This document shows, in pieces, positions 1 to 12,113 of a stretch of 64,000 nt of DNA. The DNA comes from Phoronis australis (lineage: Eukaryota > Animalia > Phoronida): NCBI GenBank assembly GCA_002633005.1, contig NMRA01000038.1, positions 1,120,883-1,184,882 of the forward strand. Direction: 5' to 3'. The notes under the pieces are model-generated. The model made no database searches. It had not been told where the DNA came from and was given only the letters and a program-made list of their open reading frames with translations. The stretch's first letter is position 1. Every line of letters begins with the position of its first letter. Made by a program: the position numbers and the translations under genes.

Positions 1-207
1 TTCACACGGTTTCAATCGCTCTGGTGTCGAATTTTTAACGGGAAGAGCAAATGACGTGAATTTTTGCATGTGGATTCCTTGAAGTATGGTCTTTCAAAAA
101 GTCTGCGAGAGCGTATTTCTCAGACTTACCGTTTTCGAGTTATTTGACTTTGAATTTCAAAAAAAACCGGCAAATTTTCAATTTTCTCGAAAAATTTTTG
201 GATTTTT

Positions 208-822
208 GCCAAACTACCAATTTAGATAGAGTTTTGAACGGGCTTTCAGGAGATATTTTCCATTTTGCGCTACGACGTCTACTTTTTGAATTATTCGAGA
301 TTTTCGGATACCGTTGTTCCTTCGGTCACACGCAGCTGGCTGGCTTTCAGCTCACTTTGTTTTGGTTATGCCTAGTTGACCCAGACTGACCCAGCCACAA
401 CTGTTCTACTGTAGACTGGACCGTCATGTTGCGCCATCTATTGTTTTTATTGTAGTTGATTGTGTGCTCTCTATTTGATTTCTTCGCTAGTCACATGAAT
501 GTTATCGTGTTTGCCAAACTACCATTTTAGATAGAGTTTTGAACAGGCTTTCAGAAGATATTTTCCATTTTGCGCTACGTCTACTTTTTGAATTATTCGA
601 GATTTTCGGATACCGTTGTTCCTTCGGTCACCTAAATGCAAGCACGCAGCTGGCTGGCTTTCACTTCACTTTGTTTTGGTTATGCTAGTTGACCCAGACT
701 GACACAGCCAGCACTGTCGTACTGTAGACTGGACCGTCATGTTGCGCCATCTATAGTTCTTTATTGTAGTTGCTTGTATGCTCTCTATTTGATTTCTTCG
801 CTAGTCACAAGAATGTTATCGT
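208..822. repeat. Tandem duplication of a ~305-bp unit (208-512 and 513-822) in a SUR intron
   Basis: Both copies start gccaaactacca(a/t)tttagatagagttttgaac and end gaatgttatcgtgtt. They differ by small indels. Confidence 0.9.
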
Positions 823-1783
823 GTTATTCATAATTGCCGCCTTGATCGTCACGATTGTCGTCGTCTTTTCGATTATTTCCGCCAAGTGTCGCTCCTCCGA
901 GCGCTCTCGTGTTATTTGTTGGTACCTTGCTTCTTCCAAGTTTATCCGATACCAGCGACCCTTTATTGGATGTGCTGTGGGCTGCAACTCCCATGGCAGA
1001 AAGTTGGATAAACATGGGAAGTATTCATGAAAGAGATATTTTCCAACATGATTCCTAAAACTCAGCTTGACATTTCTAAAGCGAAGCAGGTAACAACACG
1101 TTTTCCTACCTCCAAAGGAGATTTCTATCTGGACTGTCCTATTCCAGAAACATTTTGATAGTGCGTAAGGTTGCCAGCCTTCCACTAGCGCCACCTTATG
1201 CCATCTCGCCAAACTTGCAGGAAGCTAGGCTTAAGGTTATGTGGACCTTAGAAAAGTGTTCAAATTAGGCCAAATTTGAAACATCATATCTCATAAATGG
1301 CCGGATGGATATGAATCTTTCATATACTATGTTTTACGCACTGGTCTTCAAAATGCTTTAAGAATTGTTTTTATAACATTCCACTTTTGCATTAGGGCAA
1401 TAAAAACAAATTATGATCTTCATGAACAAATCAAAAGTTGCATAAAACGAAACAATATTTCAAAAAAATGTAACAGCGTTTTTGAGACCTCTTTTGAACA
1501 TCTATATCAAATAAAATTTGATCATGTTATTGATATTGTTGTTTAGTTATCAACATACTTTTCTTTTTGTTACATTAAAGACATAGTCATGTGACCCAAT
1601 TGATGTCAGATTGGTAAAAAGCCAAGAATCATATTCAAATTTAGCAGACTTTGAACTTCCAATATAGAGACTTAATCGAATTAAAAACCATTCTAGAGAT
1701 TGCAAGACATTTGGCAAAGTACATAGACTTGTCAATAAGGTCCTACATAGCCTTTCCAACACACCCCCTGAACTAGACCTCAC

Positions 1784-1918
1784 CAATTTCTGCTTCTGCA
1801 ATGAGGTCATGGCTCTAGCCAGTAGATACTGCAGTGGTATGATGATAACAATCCAACAGCACCCTATGAGAGCACTTAATCCGAGAGTGTTGTACAGCAT
1901 GGGGATTACAAAACAAAG
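1784..1918 (-). CDS. ABCC8/ABCC9: Sulfonylurea receptor (ABCC8/9-like) coding exon 6, TMD1 (LCFVIPMLYNTLG...QKQKL)
   Basis: ttttgcag acceptor and gtgag donor. 135 nt, phase 0/0. Resembles SUR [25 protein letters not shown]. The gene continues beyond the left edge. Confidence 0.92.
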
Positions 1919-2855
1919 CTGCAAAATACAACCAAAAGATGAATTATCCAATCAGCGAGGATATTTTTGGCGAATGAATACTCACCCAAAGGCAAGATGC
2001 ATTCAGAAGACTATACTCACTTTGGTAATAGTCACTTACAGGAAGTCCCACATTTTGAGAACCAGATTTCTCCACTGAATAACGGGCATCAAACTGGTTC
2101 TCAAAATAAGGGATCCCTAAGTGGTAATTGCCATCATTTGTGAATGTGAAGTTAAATAAAGCACCAAAACATCAACTTCTCCAGCTTCTGTGATTCTTGA
2201 CAAACAATGCCATTCCTTTCTTGAGTGTCTCGGTATTGTACGTCCGTTTGAATTTTATACGCAGCACCAAGGCTTGCAATTATTTTACTGAAACTTGAAA
2301 ATGGTCGACATCTCCGTCAAAACATTTCGGGATCGAAACATTCCATAAAAAATCTCTATAATTTTTGTGAAGTGCATTTTAACGTTGCTGTTCACCCGCT
2401 GTTCACCTGACTTTTGCGAAAAATCTAACTTTTGATCAAGACCACTTATCGTCACCAAGACGGTCTTCACTTGATCATCTGTCAGATTGGAATGATTTGA
2501 TTTCTGGGCTTAGGAAGAATCAATAGTTCAGGGTGGCTTGAGAAAGGCCTCAGTAAGTTTGCTCGACACAGCTGGTTGTTTTGTGCACCGATCACGACCA
2601 AATGCAACAACAAACTGACAATTCTTCCTAAGTACAGAAACTAATTCTATTCTGTGCAAGGAATGAGCCGAGACAAGTTTTAAAATGGCAAGTGTCCGAG
2701 ATCAAAAGCGGTTTTTCGAGGCGGGATTATAAAAGCTCTACTATAAAAATTGAAAAATCACTCGTGGATCAGGAACGGGTAAACAATCGCTGCAATTTAC
2801 ATTTTTAGAGCACAATCAAACAAACAAAGGAGCATGCAACCTGATGAGATCATAC

Positions 2856-3011
2856 CTGAAGAGGTACGGACCACACATTGTGCCAGAAGTAGAAGACAAA
2901 CTGAATCTGTTCGCAGTCCATAGACATGTGGTTGACGATCTTGCCAGTCGACATGTCCGTGCCAGACATTAACCAGACAGGAAGCTTCAGGGCCTTGTCA
3001 AAAATCAAGTT
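2856..3011 (-). CDS. ABCC8/ABCC9: SUR coding exon 5 (NLIFDKALKL...WSVPLQ)
   Basis: cctcgcag acceptor and gtatg donor. 156 nt, phase 0/0. Contains the ABCC motif GxIxNxMxxD. Confidence 0.93.
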
Positions 3012-4221
3012 CTGCGAGGGGAAACGGTAAGAGATTAGTTTAGAAATAAGCAATGACTGATTTAAGGCCTATGCATATATTTCAGGGCCCTCACTTACCG
3101 CAGGGGAAATATGTGTCTTGGTTGGGGGGATACCCCCCCAGTTGCCATTCCTCAGCAATGCATCAATTAGCCAAAACTAACATTGTTTTCTATCTCGGAC
3201 AAGTTTCTATAAATTAACAACCTGTGAAAGTATATATTTTCTTGATGATCACAGAATCTCATGATGTACGTAAAAAGGTCTTTTATCCCGAGAACATGGT
3301 TGTCAAAAATAACTAAACATTTCAACACTCTTTGAGAAATTTTATCAGGCTTTAAAGCGTTACCAAAAATCCCAGATATGCTTTTGCAGTTAATAAATAA
3401 AAGAAACGGAATTTGCAAGTTTCGTGTGTAAAATCTGACGTCTGCGGAAATTAGGGCAAACTCTGAAAAATAACGATATTTAGAAGAAATGGGCCCTTTT
3501 TCACACTCACAAGTTTGTGTGATCACCAATGATTTTAAAAATATACAGTATCATGATTTACAGTTAATACTTCAAGTAGCTATAATCCTGTACTCTATCA
3601 TAAAAAACAATTTTCATTTCAACCATTTATCATAGTCTCAATTTGTCCCTTGGTCAAACTAGACGTGACTTCTGCATGGGCTTAGAAAAATCTGACAGTT
3701 CTCTATTGCTTGGAACCAGTCTCTACAAATTGACTTGTCTAGGTGTGTCATTTTATTTGGAACTATTCACAAGCAATGATAAACAGTCAGTTCATGGCAA
3801 GACCAAAGACAGAGATGACGGCAATATGTGGGCGCATACAAATCACATCTCTCAGCTGAATAAGGAACAAGTTGAGACCAACTTTATAGTGGTTAAGAGA
3901 TCTAAAACTAAATTTAGTTTTTTTAGGCTGAGGACGGGTTTGTAACCACTTTAAAAGGATTTGTAAAAAGGTAACTGACCCTTGGAACGAGGCAGATATA
4001 TGGTCCCAAAATAAATGGTCTCTATCTTTCACTTTGTACATCCTCCTCGGCCATTCTCTTTTGATCTTCAATAATCCTTTTCAACCAGTGAGATGTGATC
4101 ACAGCAATTTAAAATTAGCTCTGAAGCAAGAGTTTGGAGAAGCAGAAATTGAAATGACTAGCTTTTGTGGTCTGAAAAACCTTAACATTGACAGAAAATA
4201 GTATTTTCTCGCTTCACTGAC

Positions 4222-4572
4222 CTGTAGCGCCACCTTGCATCTCATTGCCTCCCTGATCACCAGGTGGTAATTCGAATGCAAGAACGTGTTCTGCAACACC
4301 GCCGCCACCAAGACCACCACGCAGAGGGCGTAACCGTTGGAGAAGACATCAGCCAGACCCACGTAAATGTTACCGCCAACCACAGTGGCATTGGCAGTGT
4401 TGATCGTCTGGCCATTCATCTCAAGGTAGTCAATAATTCTCTCAACCGCCAGAGGGCCCACCAATCTGAGTAAATCACCAAATAACTTGAAGAGGCCAGC
4501 TAACAGCTGCATGCGCCAACACAGCTTCACAAGGCACTTGAAAAGAGAGGGTCGACTGTTCTTGCTCCCAGC
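4222..4572 (-). CDS. ABCC8/ABCC9: SUR coding exon 4 (AGSKNSRPSLFKCL...RCKVALQ)
   Basis: tacatag acceptor and gtcagt donor. 351 nt, phase 0/0. FKLFGDLLRLVGPL and NGYALCVVVLVAAVLQNTFLHS match SUR TMD1 helices. Confidence 0.93.
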
Positions 4573-5260
4573 CTATGTATACAAACGAGAGAAATGCGGC
4601 AAGCCATTACTAGTGCCCGTTACTTTGTGTGTCAACAGACAAGGGTTAGACAAGACTACATATATGTCAAATAACCTTTGAATTATCTATTATCACGAAA
4701 AAATTTCTCTGTAAAAGAATCCTAAATTAGAAATTTATTTTCATGGAGCATACTGAAAAGTTTACTTGTAAGCGACAAGTAAATCTGTAAACATCAATTA
4801 ATTATTCAATATCATGTGAAACTTATTTTTGTGAAAATATTTGTGCGTCTCCAGTTTGAATTTAGACTGGGATAGATTCCAACAAAATCTTCTATACTTA
4901 TCATATGCAGTATGATCAAAGGAAAATGATTTATTGAGTTTTTGACTGGGTATCTGCGGAGATCTCAGCAGTTAAAAATCAAGTGTTAACCAACTTATTA
5001 AAGACAGTATAAAATGAGGAACATTTTAAAAACAATTCCTAAAACAGTTTTAGAAAACAGTGTATAAAACCTAGCACCTGAAAGTTTCACGTGAATCTGA
5101 TCAGCCATTTCTGAGATGTGATGTTCCGATGTTGGCCAAAATTGAACATTTTTCTAAGGCCATACACAATGTTGAAGCAGACGATAAATAGTGTACTTTG
5201 TCTAGCAACAAGGAGTGCCAATACATGCCCGATTAAAATCTTTTCACAAAATTAGCTTAC

Positions 5261-5317
5261 CTTTGCTGTACTAAAGAATTTGGCAAGCTTTCTATAAAAC
5301 TTCATGGAATGTTCGGA
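5261..5317 (-). CDS. ABCC8/ABCC9: SUR coding exon 3 (SEHSMKFYRKLAKFFSTAK), L0/lasso helix
   Basis: ttcattgcag acceptor and gtaagc donor. 57 nt, phase 0/0, open. Fills the gap between GALPD and the RPSL exon. Not in the ORF track. Confidence 0.8.
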
Positions 5318-5960
5318 CTGCAATGAAAGTAAAACATAAAAATTCAAACAGCTGCACAGGAAATCAAGATCATTATTCAGCGAAAATGAAAGGAACTCTA
5401 AGGCTAAATCCCACTTGTGTAGAGCACTATCGCTTCATTTCTCTTCTACTGAACAAAGAATTTTCAAAGTATTGGTATTTTAGTTCAGTTGTGTAATAAA
5501 AAAGTCATCAATGGAGAGAAGCACTCTTAACGCTTTACAACATAAAATAAAAATATTGAGACTACAATCATGGCAAAAGAAATTAAAACAAATAAAATAC
5601 GCAGTAATTTAAACAAAAGTATGACATTGTGTTAAAAAATAACTGAAATGGTAAGTTTTGTGCATGTTATGAAGTGAAATGTCCACGATAAAACTAAAAT
5701 TGAATGTATGTGTAATCAACTTAACTTACTCGCTTTTCTAGTGTTAACGACTTCCCTTGGACAAGGTCAAGCTTTTGAATCCGAATCTGAGAAAATATCC
5801 CAATGTGCACTGGGAATCAGTATCACTATTGTTTATCTATTCCAAAAATCAAAAGCACACGGACTTAAGTCAAGTCAAGTGGGGCAGATATTGCTAGCAG
5901 CATTATAGATACACACAACAGTTTTAAGGTAGTCCAACACGGATTTAACAGTTGCCTTAC

Positions 5961-6122
5961 ATCAGGTAGGGCACCAAAATCTGCGAGATCCAGAGCTTTT
6001 TTATATCCTACTCGTAGAATGGAAGACATCCAGACGAACGTGGCCTTCGACAGCAAGTTGACGAAGGAATAATGGTACTTGGTCTGTGAAATCCCCTCAT
6101 CTTTCACGGCAGGCTTGACACA
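5961..6122 (-). CDS. ABCC8/ABCC9: SUR coding exon 2 (CVKPAVKDE...FVNLLSKATFVWM...GALPD), L0 loop
   Basis: gattacag acceptor and gtaag donor. 162 nt, phase 0/0. FVNLLSKxTxxWM is the SUR L0 signature. Confidence 0.93.
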
Positions 6123-6451
6123 CTGTAATCATCAGTTTATGACCAATTATTGATAAATGGAAAATGTATAGGTCTCATAACTTTTTGTTGATGGCTGACC
6201 CAACATAAAGTTAATTGCAACGTTTCAAAACATTTTTCTACATCAGCAAGTCCCTCAAAACCCTATGAGGATCAGACAAAAATCTAGAAAAACAAGGTTA
6301 TGCAGGGCCCTTGAAAAACAGTCAAATTTAGCAAACTTCAGAACATCATATCTCAAAAATTGGATGTTCTGACTCAAGTGAAACTTTCAGACACCATGCT
6401 GTTATGAATTGATTTTGTTCTTTTTCAAATTTGCATAGGGGGCTATCAAAA

Positions 6452-6767
6452 TCAGTTGCGGATTTAGGGGAGGGGGAAGGGGGCCATGCCCCCCCTAAAA
6501 TTCTACCAGATACCATTTGGGAGTTCGGGTGCAAATTTCTGACTAGCACATGCGCGCAACCAGGGGGGGCTCGGGGGGTGAATTAACAACACATAGGCCA
6601 TGAACAAGCCCCGTTTACCGTTTTTTTTTACTCAACAGGTCTGCAAGCCCAAAAATTCGAAACCCCTGCATTCCCACATTTTAAGCTGGGCACGCGCATC
6701 TGCCGGAATTCTGGTTAGTCATGTGCCCTGCCTCCCCCCCTAACTCAAAATCCTGCATCCGCTCCTG
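6452..6767. mobile_element. Short GC-rich hAT-type MITE with a second MITE (CATGCGCGCA...) nested at ~6549-6699
   Basis: Ends cagttgcggatttagggg and aaaatcctgcatccgctcctg. Uninterrupted relatives at ~45224-45384, 50514-50671, 31915-32039 and 49090-49222. The inner element also occurs at ~23943-24177 and 52342-52628. Confidence 0.7.
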
Positions 6768-7289
6768 AAAAGATAAGACTTAAATGAAAAAAATCAGAAG
6801 TTGAAAAAATGAAATCATAATTTTAGAAAACAGCAACAGTGTATTTGATATTTCATCTTGAACATTCTTGAACATTTATATCGAACAAAAGTTGGTCTCT
6901 TTATTGATACTGTTGCTTAGCTGTAATTTACCCTTCTTTCTTAAAGTTTTTTAAAAGACATGGTCACATGACCCAAATAACAGCAGATTGGTACAAAGCC
7001 AAAAATCAAATTCTGCAGGCTTTCTACTAATAGGTGCTTCGGAGAGGAGGCTGCAGTCATAGGGCACCATTAGTACGTCACCTGACATTTTTCCCAGTGA
7101 CTGAATTGCTATCAGATCTAGCCCTAACTTCAATGCTGCAATCAGAAAGAAAAAAGTCTTTGACAGACAAGAGTTTCCACAGGACATATAAAAAGCACAC
7201 CTCCACTACAACAGTATCAAAGTAGCACTGGTTACTTTTGATATATTTATCTTGATCTTATATTTATAGCATTTACAGTCTAAAAGCCA

Positions 7290-7529
7290 GGGATCTATTT
7301 CATAAAAAGTGACTTAAAGACTTAGTTCATTTTAACTTAAGTCTAAGATTTGCATCAACTTCCAAACTTTGAAACTTCCACATCTGGTAAGTTAGTCATA
7401 TTTAAGACAAAACTTAAGTCAAACTCAAATCTCTTTCTTGAAACAGACTTGAGACAAACTCGTTTTATCTTAAAATTGGCTGAAATTTAAGATTTGTCTT
7501 AGCTATGTCAGTTTTCTTGGAACGGGCCC
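7290..7529. mobile_element. Harbinger-type MITE
   Basis: Ends gggatctatttcat and ttggaacgggccc, with internal ttaag/gactt inverted motifs. Confidence 0.45.
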
Positions 7530-7762
7530 GTGACTCAGAAATTTGGTCTTACTGATTGAAAGTTCGTTCATTAAAAATGAGCACATCACAGCTTCGAAAT
7601 AAAATTTCCTGTCAGTAAGTGGCACTTTTACATTTTCAAAGAATTTGCAATTTTGCTGCTGTCAACAGCGAGACTTAATTATTAATTACTTTTCAGAAAT
7701 AGTTGTCTGGAGCTTAATACCAATCTTAAGTCCTTTCACATGAAACAGCTTTTGATACTTAC

Positions 7763-8347
7763 CTGTTTTACTTGCACGACAATTTCAATGACCAGCAAGC
7801 CAAAGTACACAATGATAACATCCCACGTCAAGTCGAATCTCAAATGAGCTATGCCTAATCCTTTGTGAAACAATATTGCGACTTTCCAAGAGTGAAGAGC
7901 TAGGGAAAGAACCCAGTACATCAAAAGATTCCACAAGTACAGCCAGTTATCAGTACTTTCGGTGCAGTGGTAGAAACAAATCGCCACGCAGGTGGAGAAA
8001 AGTCCGATACACTGCGGTAAGTATAGATGGAGCTGTGACTGAGATTGCAAACTTTGAGCTACGGTGCCTTCGAGTACCTGAGTTAGGTTAAACAGCGCCA
8101 AAAAACAAAACAGTATGTACCGGAAATTGTGTCCTGCGTAGTGCGGCCATGTATCCCTATGCCAGCTACCAAGGCGGTAGTTGTTCGGCTTCTTGTTCAT
8201 AAGGTACAATAATAGAGCACATGCCAAACAGAAGATGGCATTAAGAGCGAGAACAAAAAGGTCAGCCAGGCATTCGCTATATATGGCACTACTTCCGCGT
8301 AGCTCGTTGTGTATAGTGGTGTTGCCGCCGCAGAACAATGCCATCAT
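7763..8347 (-). CDS. ABCC8/ABCC9: SUR first coding exon, entire TMD0 (MMALFCGGNTT...VQVKQ)
   Basis: ATG at 8347 and gtaagt donor at 7762. 585 nt. Has an FCG N-terminus with a second Cys and an N-glycosylation sequon, WPHYAGHNFRYIL (SUR WLHFPGHNLRW), and five hydrophobic segments. A strong upstream acceptor starts the exon at 8518, implying a spliced 5'UTR. Confidence 0.95.
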
Positions 8348-8849
8348 ATTACGGCAAATCTATGAATCCTAATGTAACGATAGCTTTCAAATTTCATCCA
8401 GCCCACACAACAGCCAAACTCTTCTTGAATGGGTTCATGTAAAGTACCCTGAAGCGGCGAAGTTCATGTGGTGCCCAGAGAGGTCAACGTCCAGCAAAAG
8501 ATGGGTGTCTTTGGTGACCTGCATCATAAAGATTAAAACAAATTTAAAACAAAACCAGGTAATGGAAACAATCCAGTGACCAGACCCTTGTACAATAAGG
8601 CAGGCCACAAATCCAGGGGAGGCATCAACAAAATAACACCGGAACAAATCGGGTGCCATCAAATACGATAGGACTGTCATGTGGCTTTTGAACATGACTT
8701 GATATAAAAACACAGCCTTTACAGGGTCTTGTTGATGGATTTAAGATACTGGTAAGAGGAGTTTTTGAAGCAGGCCACTGTAATGTTTCCAGTCTCTAAT
8801 AAGGTCAGCTGTCAGCTGTAGCATTATCAAATTAAAGTGAACAAACACG

Positions 8850-9310
8850 TATGGTTCTGTTGTGTTCACTCACATCAACACTGCAGGACATTCATTTGAC
8901 ACCAGTGAAGTGCGCATTTCGGATCGTGAGGAAAATTGGTTCAAACGCGGTGTTAAGGAACCTATCTACAAACGTGTTCAATGCCCCTCTTTGAATTGAC
9001 CTATCGCAAGCTCCGCCCCTTGCGTAATGACCACTAACAAGCAATAAGTTTTACCCGGCAACGTCTTGTTTGTCGGGTAAAATGGTGGTTTGGAAACGAA
9101 GGTGTGTCAATAATGCTGCTTTCTAAATGGTCAGTTAAGCCGTCACTCAAAATCCTGGCGATAGGTCAATTGCCAAGGTGGATCAAGATTCCAACACTTC
9201 AGAACATGGGACTGCATGTTATTTCATTCACTGCCGATAAGTTCATCAGCAAAACACCGCCACAACAGTTGCTAGTGAAAGTCCTCGCGATGAGGACGCA
9301 ACGTCACTCA
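8850..9310 (+). mobile_element. Penelope-like element 3' end (GIY-YIG C-terminus) interrupted by a TIR MITE at ~8997-9168
   Basis: Translation HINTAGHSFDTSEVRISDREENWFKRGVKEPIYKRVQCPSLN resumes as QGG after an insertion bounded by TGACCTATCGC/GCGATAGGTCA. A degenerate hammerhead-like stem gtcctc...gaggac lies at ~9281-9298. Confidence 0.8.
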
Positions 9311-9724
9311 GTTGAAATCTTAGTCCAGTATTACCGGTAGTTTTAATTTTTTGTTGATATCTATCAACTGGATGTCTAATATTCACTAATTGGAACACTC
9401 ACACACTTAAGAAGCAAAGGTTTGCGTCGAACAAATAAACACTTTTCTGTCACCAAAGGTAAGCCCAGAAAGTTGATTTGTGATATTTTTGAAAATTGAT
9501 GACTTAAAAAATAGATCAAGAACTTTGCTGAAAACAACATGCACTGTCGCTGTTTGCTTTTTAAGCAGTGAGGCGTAGATTTCAAAATGGGTCTGGGCAC
9601 AGACCAGAATCAAGTATGTTTTTCATACATGTCAAAATGTTTAGTTGCACCCAATTAATCCCAACTTATCTTGCCATCAACACGGATGCAAGCCTGTTGC
9701 TTACATCATGTTTGTTATCAAACT

Positions 9725-10415
9725 GCCCCAGCAGGTGGCGCAGCGATTAGTGGGAGTAGTTGAATTAGTTGAAACATGTGATTGGTATCTCTAAAATTAT
9801 GAGTTTGTGGATGACGTCATGTAAGTTATCTACCTGTCCACAGGTGGCGCAGCGATTAGTAGGAATAGTTGAATTAGTTGATTTTTAGTTGAATCCAACT
9901 AATTCCAAGTCATCTCAACCTATCCAGCACTGAGCTATTCAACTAATTCTACCAATTGTAGCGCCATCTGAAGTATTACTGGCATTGTGAGAAAGAAAGA
10001 CCTGAGTCACGGACTTGCCTGCAGGTGATGCAGCGATTAGTGGGAATAGCTGAATTAGTTGAAAAGCGTGTTTAGTGTCTATAAAATTGTGAGCCTGTTG
10101 ATAACGTCATATACCTTATCTATCAGCCCACAGGTGGCGTATCGATTAGTGGGAATAGTTGAATTAGCTGAAGTGCTTGTTCTGTCTCTCAAGTTGTGAG
10201 CCTGATGAGCCTTTTGCTGGCGTCATGTACTGTAGCGATTAGTGGGCATAGTAATTTGCCGGGAACTTAACACTGGCGTCTTAAATATCATTCACCTGTG
10301 GATGAAGTCAATATTTCACCTTTCTTTGCACTTACATGGTTTAGCGCCTCCTATATCCAGTATTTGTAAGAGTAAGAGAAAAAGTAACATAGGGGGCGCT
10401 GCAATTAGTTGAACT
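9725..10415. repeat. Degenerate ~109-bp tandem/inverted repeat array containing CTCF-like motifs
   Basis: caggtggcgcagcgattagtgggaatagttgaattagttg recurs at ~9732, 9841, 10022 and 10131, with partial copies at 10234 and 10390 and an inverted copy at 9935-9970. Confidence 0.85.
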
Positions 10416-10754
10416 ACAGCTTCCTATTAATCGATTCGTAGGTCCCTACCAAAGATTCTGACATGACTCATGTTTTTTGGCCTGATTGAGATTATACCCT
10501 TTTCGTTTTGTTTTTATTTATTCCATTGCTTTCAGATATGATATAATCTGATTTGCTAAAAATTTAATTAAGAAATGCTTTTGTTGAGAATTTCTTATAA
10601 GAACCTCACTCAACAGCAAATGAAGAAACTGATGGAAAGGAAAAATTAGAAGAGTCTAAATCATGATTAACATGCTGATTATCACGTTTACAAATGACTA
10701 GAGACTTTCCTATGTTCTGAACTCAATAGAACCACATGAAAACCTGAAGAGTGC

Positions 10755-11786
10755 CAGGCCTTCATGCAGCGTACGTCCTGGGCGTCCATTTGGACGCACT
10801 AATGTAGATGCCCTGGCAAGGACGCCCAATGTATCATTTGGACGCCCTGTCAATCAGAATTTCTCCAGTTTGGACACCCACATTGAAAGATTACTAAGAC
10901 TCCCAGTTAATCAAAGCAGGAAGTTGGCCCCTTCAACTGGGAAAGAAATATACAAAGTATTTAAAATGTTGCAATATTCAAACTATTGTCAAACTATTTG
11001 GTAGACATGTCAATCATTAGCACGTGGTTGGTTGCCAGAGTGTCTGCTTTCAATAGACTCACAGGCCAATGCCATTCTGTACGTTATATAGGGACATGGA
11101 CCTTGCTCAACTCCAAACTGGTGTTTCAGAGCTGTAATTTCATGTATTTCATCTTTTTTTAAAAGTACCAAAAGCAAAATAAATGTCATTGTTTTAATAA
11201 TATGATGTGCCGCAAGAATATCCCCATTTAAAATGTTTGAGTTTTCGCCTGTTTCATGCTTTTCTATGTGCGTCTAAAATGGAGAAGCAGTGACACCTGT
11301 TGTCAAAATATAAACCACACATCATCTGTGCATTTTTCTTTTGTTGGTAACTGCAGCTTTGATGACTCATTGTACAGAATATAAAGCTAGTGAAGTTGAT
11401 ATAATAAACTTTATAACAGAATTTGACTTGAGATGACCAAAAACAGTGCACTCATCGTTCAACCAATATCTGTAATATCTGTAATACCCGTTTGGTAAGC
11501 TATTTGGCTGTTTTCGTAAATTTAAACATAAAAGTCTTGATCAACAGTTTTTTAGTACTTAAAAAAGCCCAATACAAGGGAGCTGTTTTTGTAAACTTAG
11601 GTGTAAAAGCCTTGTTCAACGCATTTTTTAATTGTAAAAAAACCTCACTGTGTGTGTTGGGGGGGGGTTACTGGTGAATGGGGTGGGGAGGGGGGTGGGT
11701 AATGCGGCGTTGGAATCATGGACGCCCTGGAATATTGGGAACCCCATTTTGGACACCCTATGTTCGAAATCCTAGATGAAGCCCCG
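10755..11786 (+). mobile_element. ~1-kb non-autonomous hAT-like DNA transposon, copy 1
   Basis: TIR caggccttcat...atgaagccccg. Colinear with 21470-22519. No clear TSD. Confidence 0.8.
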
Positions 11787-12113
11787 CATGTCATGTGAAT
11801 GTTAATCTTCTCCAGGACAATGAGAGACACAACAACGTCAATCAATTTATTGTTTGTGCAAATGCATTTACATAAATAAAATATGCTTAATTTGTCATAG
11901 GTTGTACACACTGAAGCAAGAGTACTAGTAGCCATATTTTGAAATCATGCTTTTGGCCCACTTCATTTTCTAATCTTACCAGTACCAACATTTTATTTGA
12001 AAGTGGAGCACTTCCAGTCCTGTTGGGGCTTTGGGTTCTTGATTTCGCCATCTGATCAAATTAGAACTCTGAGAAACACAAACTTTCCAAAGTGAGAAAA
12101 CAAAATACATTTA

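Noticed and set aside
805-1212. 135-aa minus-strand ORF as a further SUR exon
   Set aside because: No ABCC similarity (the expected next motif D.R.K...E.L.GIK..KLYAWE is absent), and it overlaps repeat sequence.
9725-10415. Repeat-spacer appearance resembling CRISPR
   Set aside because: The intervening segments are homologous to each other, so this is a degenerate tandem repeat.
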